This document shows positions 18,789 through 29,281 of a stretch of 64,000 nucleotides of DNA, in pieces. The notes under the pieces are model-generated. The model saw nothing but the letters and a program-made list of their open reading frames with translations. It did not search any database and was not told the DNA's origin. The stretch comes from Candidatus Latescibacterota bacterium (lineage in GTDB: Bacteria; Latescibacterota; UBA2968; UBA8231): positions 1,504,001 through 1,568,000 of the forward strand of contig OY730476.1 in assembly GCA_963422735.1 (NCBI GenBank). The letters run 5' to 3'. The position numbers and the translations under genes were made by a program. Position 1 is the first letter of the stretch, and each line of letters opens with the position of its first letter.

Positions 18789-20735
18789 ATGGCTGAAATC
18801 GACCCATCTGACAATGCGCCGGCCGCCATTACGGGCCGAAGCATCCTCGTCGGTGCCGTGCTGAGCTTGGTCATTGCCATCGGTATCCCTTACGGTAGCA
18901 TGGTCGTGCAAGGCTCGCGCCTTGGGCTAAGTTCGGCCACGCCAGCGGCGTTCTTCCTGCTATTCGTCCTGCTCCTGACGGTCCAAATCGCCTTGGGACG
19001 CTGGGGTTTCCGGCGCGGCGAGTTGGTCGTCATCTTCGCCATGATGGCCGTCGCCACGGCCATCCCCACGCGCGGCGTGGTGGGGATGCTGCTGCCCATG
19101 ATCACCGGCACCTTCTACTACGCCACCCCTGAAAACCAATGGGCCGACTTAGTCCACCCGTTTCTCTCGGATTGGATGGTGGTGTACGATCCGGCCGCAG
19201 TAAAGGCATTTTACGAGGGTACGCAAGGCTCGGCCATTCCCTATGACGTCTGGCTCAAGCCGCTCGGGCGCTGGCTTGCATTCTACGCGGCGTTGTACGC
19301 AACCATTATCGCGGCCATATCCATCTTGCGCCGTCAATGGGTCGACAACGAGCGACTCGTTTTTCCGCTCGCCCAAGTCCCGCTCGCCATGATACAAGAC
19401 GATGGCGAGCAAAAAATCCTCAAACCCTTTTTTCGCAACCCCATCATGTGGTGCGGCTTACTGCTGCCCTTCTTGCTCAACAGCACTAACGCCCTGCACC
19501 ACTATTTCAACTTCGTCCCTTCCCTCGCCCTTCAGACCAGCGTCGAGCTTTTCAACCGCACGGCCTCGCTCAACATCCGCATCAATTTCCTAATGTTCGG
19601 CTTCGCGTACTTCATCAACTCCAATATCGCCTTCAGCCTGTGGTTTTTCTACCTGCTGCACGTGATACAAGAGAGCATCTTCAGCTACATCGGCATCTTC
19701 AGCCCCGAGGAGTTGGGGCCTTGGACCGGGTCTGGGCCGGTGGGCGCGATCATGGGGCATCAGATGATGGGCGCGCTCATCGTCTTGGTGTTCTATGGGC
19801 TGTGGACGGCGCGGCCCCACCTCAAAAACGTCCTGCGCAAGGCCCTGTGGGGCGACGACCGGATCGACGATTCGCAGGAGATTCTCTCCTATCGGGCCGC
19901 GTTTTGGCTCTTCGTCGTCGGCGTCGGCGCGATGGGCTTCTGGTTGTGGAAGAGTGGGATTCCGGCCTGGATCGTGCCCTTCTTCCTGTTCTCGTCCCTA
20001 GTCATATTCATCGGCCTAGCGCGCGTCATCGCCGAAGCGGGCATGCCCACTGTAACCCCGGAAATGGTCCCGGCCGGCTTTGTCGTCTCCGGCGTTGGAG
20101 TCCCGGCCCTCGGTGCGCCAGGCATGGTCGCCACGGGCTATTCCTTTGTCTGGGCGGGCGATCTGCTGGTCTTTATGACCGCGCCCCTCGCCAACAGCCT
20201 GCGCTTGGGCAGCGCGATCAACGGCACCCGCCGGCCGCTCTTTTGGGCGATTGTCGCGGCTATGCTCATCAGCCTCGTGGTCTCCTGCTGGTTCATGCTC
20301 TACCTCGCGTACCGCGACGGCGCGCTCAACCTACATCCCCAATACTTTACCGGCTTTGCCGCATATCCCTCGGACTTTGCCGCGAAAAAACTCGCCAATC
20401 CCACCGGGCCGAGCCTCGCCGGGTGGCTGTGGACGGGCTTTGGTGCCCTGATCATGGGCGGCTTGATGACCGCCCGCCACTTCTTCGTGTGGTGGCCCTT
20501 TCACCCGCTTGGCTTTGCTGTGAGCACCGGCTGGGTAATGAACAGCATCTGGTTTTCGATCTTTCTAGCTTGGCTCATCAAGATCACCGTCCTCAAATAC
20601 GGCGGTCCCCGCACCTACCTTCTCACTCGTCCCTTTTTCGTCGGGGTCGTGCTCGGCCAGTTCGTCGCTGCCGGCCTGTGGCTAGTGGTGGATGGCTTTA
20701 CCGGGATGGTCGGTAATCGGACGCCGGTGTATTGA
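18789..20735 (+). CDS. DUF6785/DUF6784-like polytopic membrane protein (putative transporter)
   Basis: YYATPENQW, RRQWVDNERLVFPL, WWPFHPLGF, LKYGG...PFFVG; many TM segments; paralog of the C-terminal third of 57688-63972. Confidence 0.8.
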   Translation: MAEIDPSDNAPAAITGRSILVGAVLSLVIAIGIPYGSMVVQGSRLGLSSATPAAFFLLFVLLLTVQIALGRWGFRRGELVVIFAMMAVATAIPTRGVVGMLLPMITGTFYYATPENQWADLVHPFLSDWMVVYDPAAVKAFYEGTQGSAIPYDVWLKPLGRWLAFYAALYATIIAAISILRRQWVDNERLVFPLAQVPLAMIQDDGEQKILKPFFRNPIMWCGLLLPFLLNSTNALHHYFNFVPSLALQTSVELFNRTASLNIRINFLMFGFAYFINSNIAFSLWFFYLLHVIQESIFSYIGIFSPEELGPWTGSGPVGAIMGHQMMGALIVLVFYGLWTARPHLKNVLRKALWGDDRIDDSQEILSYRAAFWLFVVGVGAMGFWLWKSGIPAWIVPFFLFSSLVIFIGLARVIAEAGMPTVTPEMVPAGFVVSGVGVPALGAPGMVATGYSFVWAGDLLVFMTAPLANSLRLGSAINGTRRPLFWAIVAAMLISLVVSCWFMLYLAYRDGALNLHPQYFTGFAAYPSDFAAKKLANPTGPSLAGWLWTGFGALIMGGLMTARHFFVWWPFHPLGFAVSTGWVMNSIWFSIFLAWLIKITVLKYGGPRTYLLTRPFFVGVVLGQFVAAGLWLVVDGFTGMVGNRTPVY

Positions 20736-20892
20736 GGTTAGTGGTTAGTGGTCCGTCCCATCCGCTCCCTTGGCGACGGGCCCCGGAACATTGACACAAG
20801 GGACCGCGCTGGCCCGGACGAGGGCGACGGGCCAGCCGAATGAAACCGCCTAAATGAAACCTGAATTCCCAACCGTAAACTAGGAAATTCCG
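20736..20892 (+). repeat. Dispersed structured repeat, copy 2
   Basis: Reverse complement of copies 1 and 3; fills the whole gap between the stop at 20735 and the ATG at 20893. Confidence 0.9.
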
Positions 20893-22533
20893 ATGAGATA
20901 TATAGGAACTTTGCTGATGTTGGCTTTGTGGGGGTGTGCCCAAGAAAGGGAACGGCCCGTGGCGCGGGTCGATGAAGTGCCCATCTCGGCGGAGAGCCTG
21001 CGGGCCTTTGTCGAAAAGCTGCCCGTAGGCTTGCACAACCCCGAAGGCGGCGACGCGGCCCGACGGCAATACGTGCAATCGCTCATCGACCGCCAACTAA
21101 TCCTCAAAGAGGCTATCGCCCATGGGCTGGATACGCTAGGCTCGGTAAAACGCGCCGTGGATGAGGCCGTGGATGCCCGGGTCATCGCCCTCTATCGGGC
21201 GCGCAACATAACCGCTCAGGTGCAAGTGCCCGAAGAGGATGTGCGGCGCGTATTTGCCGAAGAAGGCTACCACCGCGAGCGCAAACTCAGCGCGATCTTG
21301 GTCCACACCCGCGCTGAAATCGAAGCGGCCATAGTCGCGCTCGATACCGACCAACCCTTTGCCGAGGTGGCCCGCGCGCACTCGCTCGACAAGCGCTCGG
21401 CCAAACAGGGCGGCGAGTTGGGCTTTATCGGCCGCGAGGCCGCACCCAGTCTGCACATCCCAGCCGAGGTCTTCAATACACTGCCTTTGGGGGACATATC
21501 CGCCCCATTGCGCGCCGGCCGCAGTTGGCACATCGTCCGCTTTACTGAAGACCGCGACGCGCCCTACGAGCGCTACCGGCCCCTCATTGAGGAACAGCTA
21601 TTCAACGAGCGCTTGGCCCAAGCTGAGGCCGAGCACTTTGAGTTGCTCCGCACGGCGACGGGTGCGGCCCTCGACCGCGACGTGCTGCAACTCATGCTCA
21701 ACGCGGCCCAGCGCGAGGACACAAGCCTGCTCGACACATGCACTGCGCCGCTTTACACCTTTGCCGAAGGGCAAGCTACGGTCGCTGTGGCGTACAAGGC
21801 CCTGCGGCGGCTCAATGCCCAGCGCAGCCTCAAAGACAGCACGCGCACACACACTGTGCTAGACAGGCTGGTGCTGCGGCCCCTTCTCCAAAGGCGTGCC
21901 GCGCGCGAACAGGGCCTGTACGACGACCCGGATATCCAACGGATGGCCACGAGGGCCTACCAAGACGCCCTCCTCAACGCCGTGCGCAACCGCTTCGCAG
22001 CCGTCGAAATGCTCTCTGACGCCGAGGTGTGGGCCTACTACGACAGCCACCCCGACATGTTTTATCACGAAGAGTCCGTCGAGGTCGAAGAGCTGCTCGC
22101 GTCCAGCCCGGCCGAGGCCCAACAGCTCAGCGACCAGCTCGCTGCCGGCGCGAGTTTTGCCGATCTCGCCGACCGCAGCGTACGCGCCCAAGCCATCCAG
22201 TCGCGAGCGCGCTTCCACTTCCATCCGCGCGACGAGAAGCTCTATCCGCGCCTAGTCCCGGCCATCGATGCGGCAGAAGAAGGCCAGCTCGTCGGGCCGA
22301 TTCGGGTGCGCGACGGGTACTCCATTTTCCGCGTCCAAGGACGCAATCCCGGCAGGGTCGAGCCGTACGAGCAGGTCCAGCACCGCGCCCGCGCTCTGCT
22401 GCGCCGCGAGCGAGAAAACGCGGCCTTCACCACCTTGGTCAAAGACCTGCGCCAGCGCTATCAAAACCGGGTCGCTATTGACGAGCAAGCACTCAAGGCC
22501 GCCCTGCCCGATTCGCTGGTCCAAGGCACCTGA
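20893..22533 (+). CDS. Parvulin-type peptidyl-prolyl isomerase lipoprotein (two PpiC domains, SurA/PrsA-like)
   Basis: Lipobox LWGC; FAEVARAHSLD..SAKQGGELG; second domain GASFADLA...GYSIF. Confidence 0.85.
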   Translation: MRYIGTLLMLALWGCAQERERPVARVDEVPISAESLRAFVEKLPVGLHNPEGGDAARRQYVQSLIDRQLILKEAIAHGLDTLGSVKRAVDEAVDARVIALYRARNITAQVQVPEEDVRRVFAEEGYHRERKLSAILVHTRAEIEAAIVALDTDQPFAEVARAHSLDKRSAKQGGELGFIGREAAPSLHIPAEVFNTLPLGDISAPLRAGRSWHIVRFTEDRDAPYERYRPLIEEQLFNERLAQAEAEHFELLRTATGAALDRDVLQLMLNAAQREDTSLLDTCTAPLYTFAEGQATVAVAYKALRRLNAQRSLKDSTRTHTVLDRLVLRPLLQRRAAREQGLYDDPDIQRMATRAYQDALLNAVRNRFAAVEMLSDAEVWAYYDSHPDMFYHEESVEVEELLASSPAEAQQLSDQLAAGASFADLADRSVRAQAIQSRARFHFHPRDEKLYPRLVPAIDAAEEGQLVGPIRVRDGYSIFRVQGRNPGRVEPYEQVQHRARALLRRERENAAFTTLVKDLRQRYQNRVAIDEQALKAALPDSLVQGT

Positions 22534-22536
22534 GCG

Positions 22537-23985
22537 ATGACCGCGCGCCTGTTGCTTATTTTGGGCGCACTCGCCTGCGCCGACCAACCCGACCCGCAAG
22601 ATGCGGCGCACCCCGAAGAAGCCCGCCGCTTGCTCCAGCGCGGCACGCTCTTCTTACAACAGGATCGGCCCGCCCGCGCCCTAGCGACACTCGCGCAGGC
22701 CGTGGCGCTCGATTCCTCGTCGAGCACCGCCCATTTTCAGCAGGGGCTAGCGCACGCTCGGCTCGATCAGCCCGCGCTCGCCATTGCGGCCTTCACACGC
22801 GCCTTGGCCCTGACGCCCGAGCAGCCTCGCGCTCACTTTGCCCTCGCCGCCGTGCTGCGCGACCAGCACCGCTACCTAGAGGCCGCAGCCCATCTGGAGC
22901 AGGCCATAGCCCTCGCGCCCGAGCGCGCCAAATATCACTTCTACCTAGGCGAAATGCGCCGCGCCACCGGCGATTTTGCAGGCGCGCTCGCGGCCTTCAA
23001 ACGCACCATCGAACTCGCGCCCGACCACCTTGAAGCCCGCTACTACCACAGCGATCTCCTCGTGCGCAACCAGCAGTTATCCCAAGCGCGTCCGGGCTTT
23101 GTAGAACTGCTCGCCCGCGATCCCAACCATGTCCAAGGCGGCCTCGGCTTGGGCGGTTTGCTCATCCGCCTCGGGGAACCCACAGCGGCCATCACCGTGC
23201 TCGAGCGCGTCGCCGACGCCGACCCGCATAACCCTGCTCCCCACTACCTGCTAGCCCAAGCCTACGCCGAGTGCGACCGCCCCGACGACGCCCGCAACGC
23301 GCAGAGCCGCTTCCAGCGCTTGAGCGCGGCCGAACGCCACTTCAATCAGGGCAACATTTATATTCGCCAACGCGCGTGGGACAAGGCGATCGATTCCCTC
23401 AAGCGCTCGCTCGCCAGCGACTCTACTGCCGTGGACATTCGCCTTCGTCTCGCCACCGTGTACGCGCAGCAAAAGCACTTCGCCGACGCCCGCGCCACCC
23501 TAGAGCAAGTCCTCGCCCGCAATCCCGACCACCGCGACGCCTACATCATGTTGGGCGACCTACACTTGCACGAGGGCGTATTCAAAGAAGCCAACGAGCA
23601 CTTTGGCCGCGCCTTGGCGATTGATCCCGACTCCTTTGCCGCCGCCTATGGCGTGGGCCGAGCGCGGTTCAAAAGCGGCGACTTTGCCGGGGCTGTCGCT
23701 GCATTGCGCCAAGCCCTCGCTCGCGATCCCGACCACCGCGACGCCCACTATGTCCTCGGGCTGGCCTACGTCCGCCAATCAAGCTACCGCGATGCTCACG
23801 CCCATTTCGCTCGCAGCATTGCCCTCGACCCAGACCACGCGGAATCGCACTACGGGCTGGCGCTGATCCTCATGCAGCAAGGGCAGCGGGAACAAGCGCG
23901 GCAAGCCTTGCAAAAGGTGCTCGACCTCGCCCCGGATCACCAGCGGGCCCGGACCAAGCTAGGCGAGCTGGATCAAGAGCCGTGA
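22537..23985 (+). CDS. Tetratricopeptide repeat lipoprotein
   Basis: More than 10 TPR-like units (A..LDP....AHY.LG); LALAC-type lipobox. Confidence 0.9.
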   Translation: MTARLLLILGALACADQPDPQDAAHPEEARRLLQRGTLFLQQDRPARALATLAQAVALDSSSSTAHFQQGLAHARLDQPALAIAAFTRALALTPEQPRAHFALAAVLRDQHRYLEAAAHLEQAIALAPERAKYHFYLGEMRRATGDFAGALAAFKRTIELAPDHLEARYYHSDLLVRNQQLSQARPGFVELLARDPNHVQGGLGLGGLLIRLGEPTAAITVLERVADADPHNPAPHYLLAQAYAECDRPDDARNAQSRFQRLSAAERHFNQGNIYIRQRAWDKAIDSLKRSLASDSTAVDIRLRLATVYAQQKHFADARATLEQVLARNPDHRDAYIMLGDLHLHEGVFKEANEHFGRALAIDPDSFAAAYGVGRARFKSGDFAGAVAALRQALARDPDHRDAHYVLGLAYVRQSSYRDAHAHFARSIALDPDHAESHYGLALILMQQGQREQARQALQKVLDLAPDHQRARTKLGELDQEP

Positions 23986-26273
23986 TCCGCTGTTTCCGCG
24001 CCCTGTGCTTGGCCGGCCTCGGCCTCGGCTGCCAAGCCCTGCCCGAGGCCGAAAGCGACCGCGTCTATGCCGAGGCCCTGAGCCTACTGCACCAAGGGCG
24101 GTTCTCCGAGTCCGCAGCCCTCTTCCAGCGCGTCGTCAGCTTGGCACCCGACAGCGCGATTGCCCAGATCCGCCGCGGCGAAGCCCTGCTCCGCCAAGGC
24201 CGGTGGCAGAGCGCGGGCCGCCTCCTCGACGAGCTGCCAGCACCAGCGCGCCAACAGCCAGCGGCCCGGCTCCTCGAAGCGCGTCTCCTCGCCTTTGGTG
24301 GCTTTGCCCGCGAAGCCGAACTCGCCGTCAATGAAATCCTCGACGAATACCCCAACTCGCTCGACGGCCGCCTGCTGCTGGCCGAGCTATACTTGCAGGC
24401 TGCCGCCACTATGAACCTCGAGCGAGCCACGGCCCTGTGCAGCCAAGCGCTGGCCGCCCAACCCCAACGCCGCGACGCGCATTACCTTCTGCTCCAAGCC
24501 ACGCTGCGCCTCGGCCGCTTTCCCGCGGCCTTGGAACGCAGCCGCTCGCTGCTCGACGCCTATCCAGACGATGGCCGCGCCTATCTCTTGGCGGGCACGG
24601 CCGCGTTCTGGGCGGGAGACGACCGCGCACGTCCTTGGCTCGAAAGAGCGGTCGATCTGTTGGAGTCGCTCGACCGCCTAGAGGCCCTGTGGCTGCTCAA
24701 GCTGACCCACGAGCGGCAGGCCGACGATGCGACCGCGCTGCTGCCGCGCTATCGCTTTCCACTGCACACCTTAGTGCCAACAGCGACCGACCTGCACTTT
24801 GTCGATGTCGCTGCGCGCGTCGGCGTGGCCAAGAAAGATCGCGGCCGCGGCAGTGCCTGGCTCGACTTTGACGGCGATGGCGACTTCGATCTCTTCAGCG
24901 TTGGCATCCAGGTCAAACACGCGCTCTTTCGCAACGACGGCAGCCAATTTTGCGATGTCGCCCAAGCGGCCGGGCTAGCCGACGCCCGAGGCGGTTGGGC
25001 TGCGGCGAGCGCGGACTTTGATAACGACGGGGACGACGACCTCTTTGTCAGTCGCGACGCCTGGGAGGGCCGGGCACCTAACTCATTGTACAGAAACGAC
25101 TCGGGCGCATTCATCGACATTGGGCGCACCGCCGGAATGGCCGACTCCAGCGACAGCTTTACGGCCGCTTGGCTCGATTTCGACTGCGATGGATACCTCG
25201 ATTTATACGTGGCCAACGGCGTCACTGGTACGGACGCGCCAAATGCCCTCCTGCACAACCAGAAAAACGACGCGTTCCTCGACGTGGCGGCTGCCGCCGA
25301 GGTCGCCGACTCAAGCAAGACTATCGGCACGGCCGCTGGCGACTTCGACGGCGATGGCCTGACCGACTTGTACGCGGTCAACATCGGCCAGCTCAACCGC
25401 CTCTATCGCAACCTCGGCGACGGAACTTTTGCCGAGGTGGCCGAGCGCGCCGGAGTCCTTTTCCCAGTGGAAGGCGGGTATGTGGCGTTCTTTTTCGACC
25501 TTGACAACGACGGGCATCTCGACCTATTTGCTTCAACTATGAGCGCCTTTCCCGATGTCCTCAACAGCATGGTCACCGGTGAGGCCATTGAGCCGAACCG
25601 TCCCTTTCTCTATCGCAATATGGGCGACGGCACCTTTGCCGACATCACAGTCGCCGCGGGCCTCAAGCGCTCTTTCGGCAGTATGGGCGCGGGCCTCGGC
25701 GACATAGACAACGACGGCTTTGTCGATATCTACCTCGCCAACGGCGGCCCGCAAATGGCCCGCCTTGAGCCCAACGCGCTCTTCCGCAACATGGGCGACG
25801 GAACTTTTGCCGACATCACGGCCACTGCGGGCACCTCCAGCCTCGGCAAGGGCCACGGGGCCACCTTCGCCGACTTCGACCAAGATGGCGACTGCGATCT
25901 CTACGCCGGTTTGGGCGGCCACTACGACGCCGATACGTGGGACAACGCGCTCTATCGCAACGACGGCCCGGCGCAGCACTACCTATCCATCGAGCTTGTG
26001 GGCACGCAGGCCAACCGCAGCGGGCTCGGAGCTCGCGCCGCAGCCTTTGCTGCGGGCCGCGTCATTCGCGCTCAGCGCCAGAGCGGCTTTGGCTTCGGCA
26101 GCAGCAACGAACCAGTCCTGCACCTCGGGCTGGGGTCGGCCACTCGCGTCGATAGCCTGCACGTGCTCTGGCCCGGCCAGTCCCCACAGCGCTTCTTTGA
26201 CCTGCCCGTCAATTGCCGCATCCGCATCGTCCAACGCGAGGCGCACTACCGGATTCTCAGGAGGCCACCATGA
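23982..26273 (+). CDS. TPR + FG-GAP/VCBS repeats + ASPIC/UnbV (CRTAC1-like) protein
   Basis: Repeated DFDGDGD/DxDNDG motifs, LYRNxGDGTF, C-terminal NRSGLGAR...LHLGLG. Confidence 0.9.
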   Translation: MIRCFRALCLAGLGLGCQALPEAESDRVYAEALSLLHQGRFSESAALFQRVVSLAPDSAIAQIRRGEALLRQGRWQSAGRLLDELPAPARQQPAARLLEARLLAFGGFAREAELAVNEILDEYPNSLDGRLLLAELYLQAAATMNLERATALCSQALAAQPQRRDAHYLLLQATLRLGRFPAALERSRSLLDAYPDDGRAYLLAGTAAFWAGDDRARPWLERAVDLLESLDRLEALWLLKLTHERQADDATALLPRYRFPLHTLVPTATDLHFVDVAARVGVAKKDRGRGSAWLDFDGDGDFDLFSVGIQVKHALFRNDGSQFCDVAQAAGLADARGGWAAASADFDNDGDDDLFVSRDAWEGRAPNSLYRNDSGAFIDIGRTAGMADSSDSFTAAWLDFDCDGYLDLYVANGVTGTDAPNALLHNQKNDAFLDVAAAAEVADSSKTIGTAAGDFDGDGLTDLYAVNIGQLNRLYRNLGDGTFAEVAERAGVLFPVEGGYVAFFFDLDNDGHLDLFASTMSAFPDVLNSMVTGEAIEPNRPFLYRNMGDGTFADITVAAGLKRSFGSMGAGLGDIDNDGFVDIYLANGGPQMARLEPNALFRNMGDGTFADITATAGTSSLGKGHGATFADFDQDGDCDLYAGLGGHYDADTWDNALYRNDGPAQHYLSIELVGTQANRSGLGARAAAFAAGRVIRAQRQSGFGFGSSNEPVLHLGLGSATRVDSLHVLWPGQSPQRFFDLPVNCRIRIVQREAHYRILRRPP

Positions 26274-29200
26274 GACTCTTAGCGCTTCTCGGCATCTGTT
26301 TGGTACCGCTGGTCGCAGCCCACGCCCAAAAGGGCCACCGCGTCACCAGCCGCTCCGTAGTGGTCAATAGGGCCGCGCACTGGCACAATTGGCAGCTACC
26401 TATCCACGCCGTGAAGGTGTCGCCGGACGGCGCGGTTGAGCCGCGCTTTTTTCGCGCACATTTCAACCTGCTCGACGACCTGAAGACCTTCACCCGCCCC
26501 ATCGTAGATCTGCGTCGCCGCCGCAACCAGACCGCCATCCTCAACATCGATAGCACCCAGACCCGCGACGTAAAAGGCGAAGTCATCCTCGACCGCAAGG
26601 GCAACCCCATCTATTCCTATTTCTTTCGCCCGGGCATCAGCCGCGTCGGCTCTAATGAGGCCGCTGCCGCCCACATTCTCGACGGCGATCCAACCACCTT
26701 CTGGGAGCCCGACCCGCAGGCGCCGCTCGACGACTGGTGGATCGAAATAGACTTGGGCCGCGTCGTGGCAGTCGATTCCCTCGTCATCCACTTCGTCGAG
26801 GAAGAGCTAGGCGATCCCTTCTTCCAGTTCCGCGTCCTCGCCGCACCCGACCAAGAACCGGTGTGGGAAAACGCCGACAAAATCACCTTTGAACGAATCG
26901 CCAACACCAAGGCCCCCAACCGCGACCAGCGCACCTTCCTCATCGGCCTCGAACAGCTCAAAGCCGACCCCGACTGGCAGGGCCAGCTAGTGCAGACCAT
27001 CCGCATCGTGGTCAGCGATACCCGCGGCGAGCGCGGCGAGCGCATCAGCGAAGAGGAATGGCAGGCCCTGCCAGCCGACGAGCGCGGCGCGAGCGTCTAT
27101 TTCATCCGCGACGAACAGGGCTTTGAAGAGCCGGTCGAGCGCGCAATCTATGAAAGCCTCGCCCCCCAACGCCAAGGCCGCTTGGATTTCTATCGGCGCG
27201 AGCGACCGCGCTTAGCCGAAATCGAGGTGTACGGGTTTGGCGACAACATCAGCAGCGGCTTGATAGCCGGCGGCGGCCGCCTCGGCCTGACCGGCGACGG
27301 CTTCCTACCAGGGCCGGCTTTTGACGCGGATTTCAACACCAGCTTTCTGCACCTTGTTTGGTCGCCGACCATCGACCGCGGCGTGCTCACCGTTGACATG
27401 GGCGCGTCGTTTTGGCTCGACGCCATGCGCATTTCCTCGGCCCGGCCCCAGCCCTTTATCGACGGCTACTTGATCCGCGGCTCCGACGGCTCGCGCGACA
27501 CGCGCGGCAGAATCAAGTGGGCGCGCCTCAGCCCCCGCTCCCGCGAGGACAATAGCTCCGACCGCTTTGAGCACATCATCGATACCTACATCTCCAGCCC
27601 TAAGCTCCGCTTCCTCGAAATAAGCATCATCTCGTCGGACCCGCGCCGCCGAGGCGGGTACAACACCGGGCCGACCATTGCCGAGTACCAGCTTTTTTCC
27701 ACCGGCTACCCAGCGCAAGCAGAGTTGACTTCCGATCTGATTGCGCTGCCTGGGGCGCGCAACTTCGGGGCCATTACTTGGGAAGCCCAAACGCCCCCGG
27801 GCACGACCGTGGCAATTCGCACCCGCACCGGCGACTTGCTGGGCAAGTTCATCCGCTACTTCGATAGATCGGGCAACGAAATCACCTATGACGCTTGGAA
27901 AAACCTCTTGGGTAGCTTCAAGGGGCCAGCCGACACCACCTTCGTGCCCACTAGCGGCTGGAGCTCTTGGAGCCGCGCCTACCAGCAGCCCGGCGACATT
28001 GTCACCTCCCCCGGTCTGCGCAAGTTCATGCAGTTCCAAGTCGAGATGACTACCACCGACCGCGAGGCCGCGGCTTCGATCCGCTCGCTCGCAGTCGAAC
28101 TGCTCAATCCCGTGGCCGAGCGCATCGCGGCCGAGCTGTGGCCAGCCTCGGTGGAGGTCTCCGGTGTGCGGGAGACCTTTGACGTCTTTGCCCAACCCTA
28201 CTTCATCGAGTCGCCCGCGGCATCGCGCAGCTCTGGCTTCAACGAAATCCTGCTGACCATGCCGGCCGCGGAAAACCTCGAACTCTTGGAATTTGGCATC
28301 GGCAGTCCAGACGGCGAAAAGGTCTTTCGCTCCGGGGCTGAGGGCGGCCTACTCACGGCCGACGACCAGACGCCAGTCGCGCTTTTGGCCAACGGCGGCG
28401 ACTCGATCTGGGTGCGCCTAGACGACGCGCTCAACATCCTGCCTGCGGCTAGCCGCACGTACAACCGCATAACCCTTGAGGGCGAAGAGGTGCCCGTGAC
28501 CCAAGACGGCTTGCCACTTACGGCCGCGGCGTACGGCACCCTCGACGAAGACGAACGGGGGGCCATCCGCTACTTCCGCCGCCGCGGCGACCGGCTCAGC
28601 GAGATCGACCAAACCAGCTACCGCGACCTGCCCAGCGAGGAGCAAGGCCCGGTCCGCTACTTCCGCGTTCTGCGCGGCGATGGAGCCCAGTTCCCCTTTG
28701 ATGTGCGCGGCGACTCGCTCGACTCGGTCGCGTACAACCGCCTCTTTTCGACCGAGCGCGGCATTGTGACCGGGCCGGGCCAGCGTTTCCGCTTGCGCCT
28801 TTCAGCACCGGTCTTTCTCAACGGCACGACCTTGCGCCTGTTCGTGCGCCACGCAGCGAGCGCCGATGCCGAGGTGGCGTGGCAGGCCGTTGAAGCGGGC
28901 AACGCCGACGAAGGCGTCGCCAGCAACACGCTCTCAATCAAGGTCCCCATCGACAGCGATCTCGTCCATGGCCTCACAGTCGGCCCCAACCCCTTTACCC
29001 CCAACGGCGACGGGATCAACGACGCGGCTGAAATTTCGCTGGATATCTTCAAGCTCACTTCGAGTCGCCGCCTCCAAGTGCGGATGTACGCGCTCGATGG
29101 GCGACGGGTTTGGCAGCGCGAAGAAATGGTGCTGAGCGGCCGCACCACCGTGCGTTGGGACGGCGTCGATGATCGCGGCCGCCAAGCACCGCCCGGGCTG

Positions 29201-29281
29201 TATCTGTGCCAAGTCCAGCTCGACGCCGACGCCGCAGAGCACCCGACGACCCAAGCGCGGATTATCGCCGTGGCCTACTAG
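26270..29281 (+). CDS. Large secreted protein with discoidin-like N-terminal region and C-terminal FlgD Ig-like domain
   Basis: Signal peptide from ATG 26270 (RBS AGGAGG); ILDGDPTTFW...WIEIDLG; PNPFTPNGDGIND...WDGVDDRG...PPGLY. Confidence 0.8.
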   Translation: MRLLALLGICLVPLVAAHAQKGHRVTSRSVVVNRAAHWHNWQLPIHAVKVSPDGAVEPRFFRAHFNLLDDLKTFTRPIVDLRRRRNQTAILNIDSTQTRDVKGEVILDRKGNPIYSYFFRPGISRVGSNEAAAAHILDGDPTTFWEPDPQAPLDDWWIEIDLGRVVAVDSLVIHFVEEELGDPFFQFRVLAAPDQEPVWENADKITFERIANTKAPNRDQRTFLIGLEQLKADPDWQGQLVQTIRIVVSDTRGERGERISEEEWQALPADERGASVYFIRDEQGFEEPVERAIYESLAPQRQGRLDFYRRERPRLAEIEVYGFGDNISSGLIAGGGRLGLTGDGFLPGPAFDADFNTSFLHLVWSPTIDRGVLTVDMGASFWLDAMRISSARPQPFIDGYLIRGSDGSRDTRGRIKWARLSPRSREDNSSDRFEHIIDTYISSPKLRFLEISIISSDPRRRGGYNTGPTIAEYQLFSTGYPAQAELTSDLIALPGARNFGAITWEAQTPPGTTVAIRTRTGDLLGKFIRYFDRSGNEITYDAWKNLLGSFKGPADTTFVPTSGWSSWSRAYQQPGDIVTSPGLRKFMQFQVEMTTTDREAAASIRSLAVELLNPVAERIAAELWPASVEVSGVRETFDVFAQPYFIESPAASRSSGFNEILLTMPAAENLELLEFGIGSPDGEKVFRSGAEGGLLTADDQTPVALLANGGDSIWVRLDDALNILPAASRTYNRITLEGEEVPVTQDGLPLTAAAYGTLDEDERGAIRYFRRRGDRLSEIDQTSYRDLPSEEQGPVRYFRVLRGDGAQFPFDVRGDSLDSVAYNRLFSTERGIVTGPGQRFRLRLSAPVFLNGTTLRLFVRHAASADAEVAWQAVEAGNADEGVASNTLSIKVPIDSDLVHGLTVGPNPFTPNGDGINDAAEISLDIFKLTSSRRLQVRMYALDGRRVWQREEMVLSGRTTVRWDGVDDRGRQAPPGLYLCQVQLDADAAEHPTTQARIIAVAY

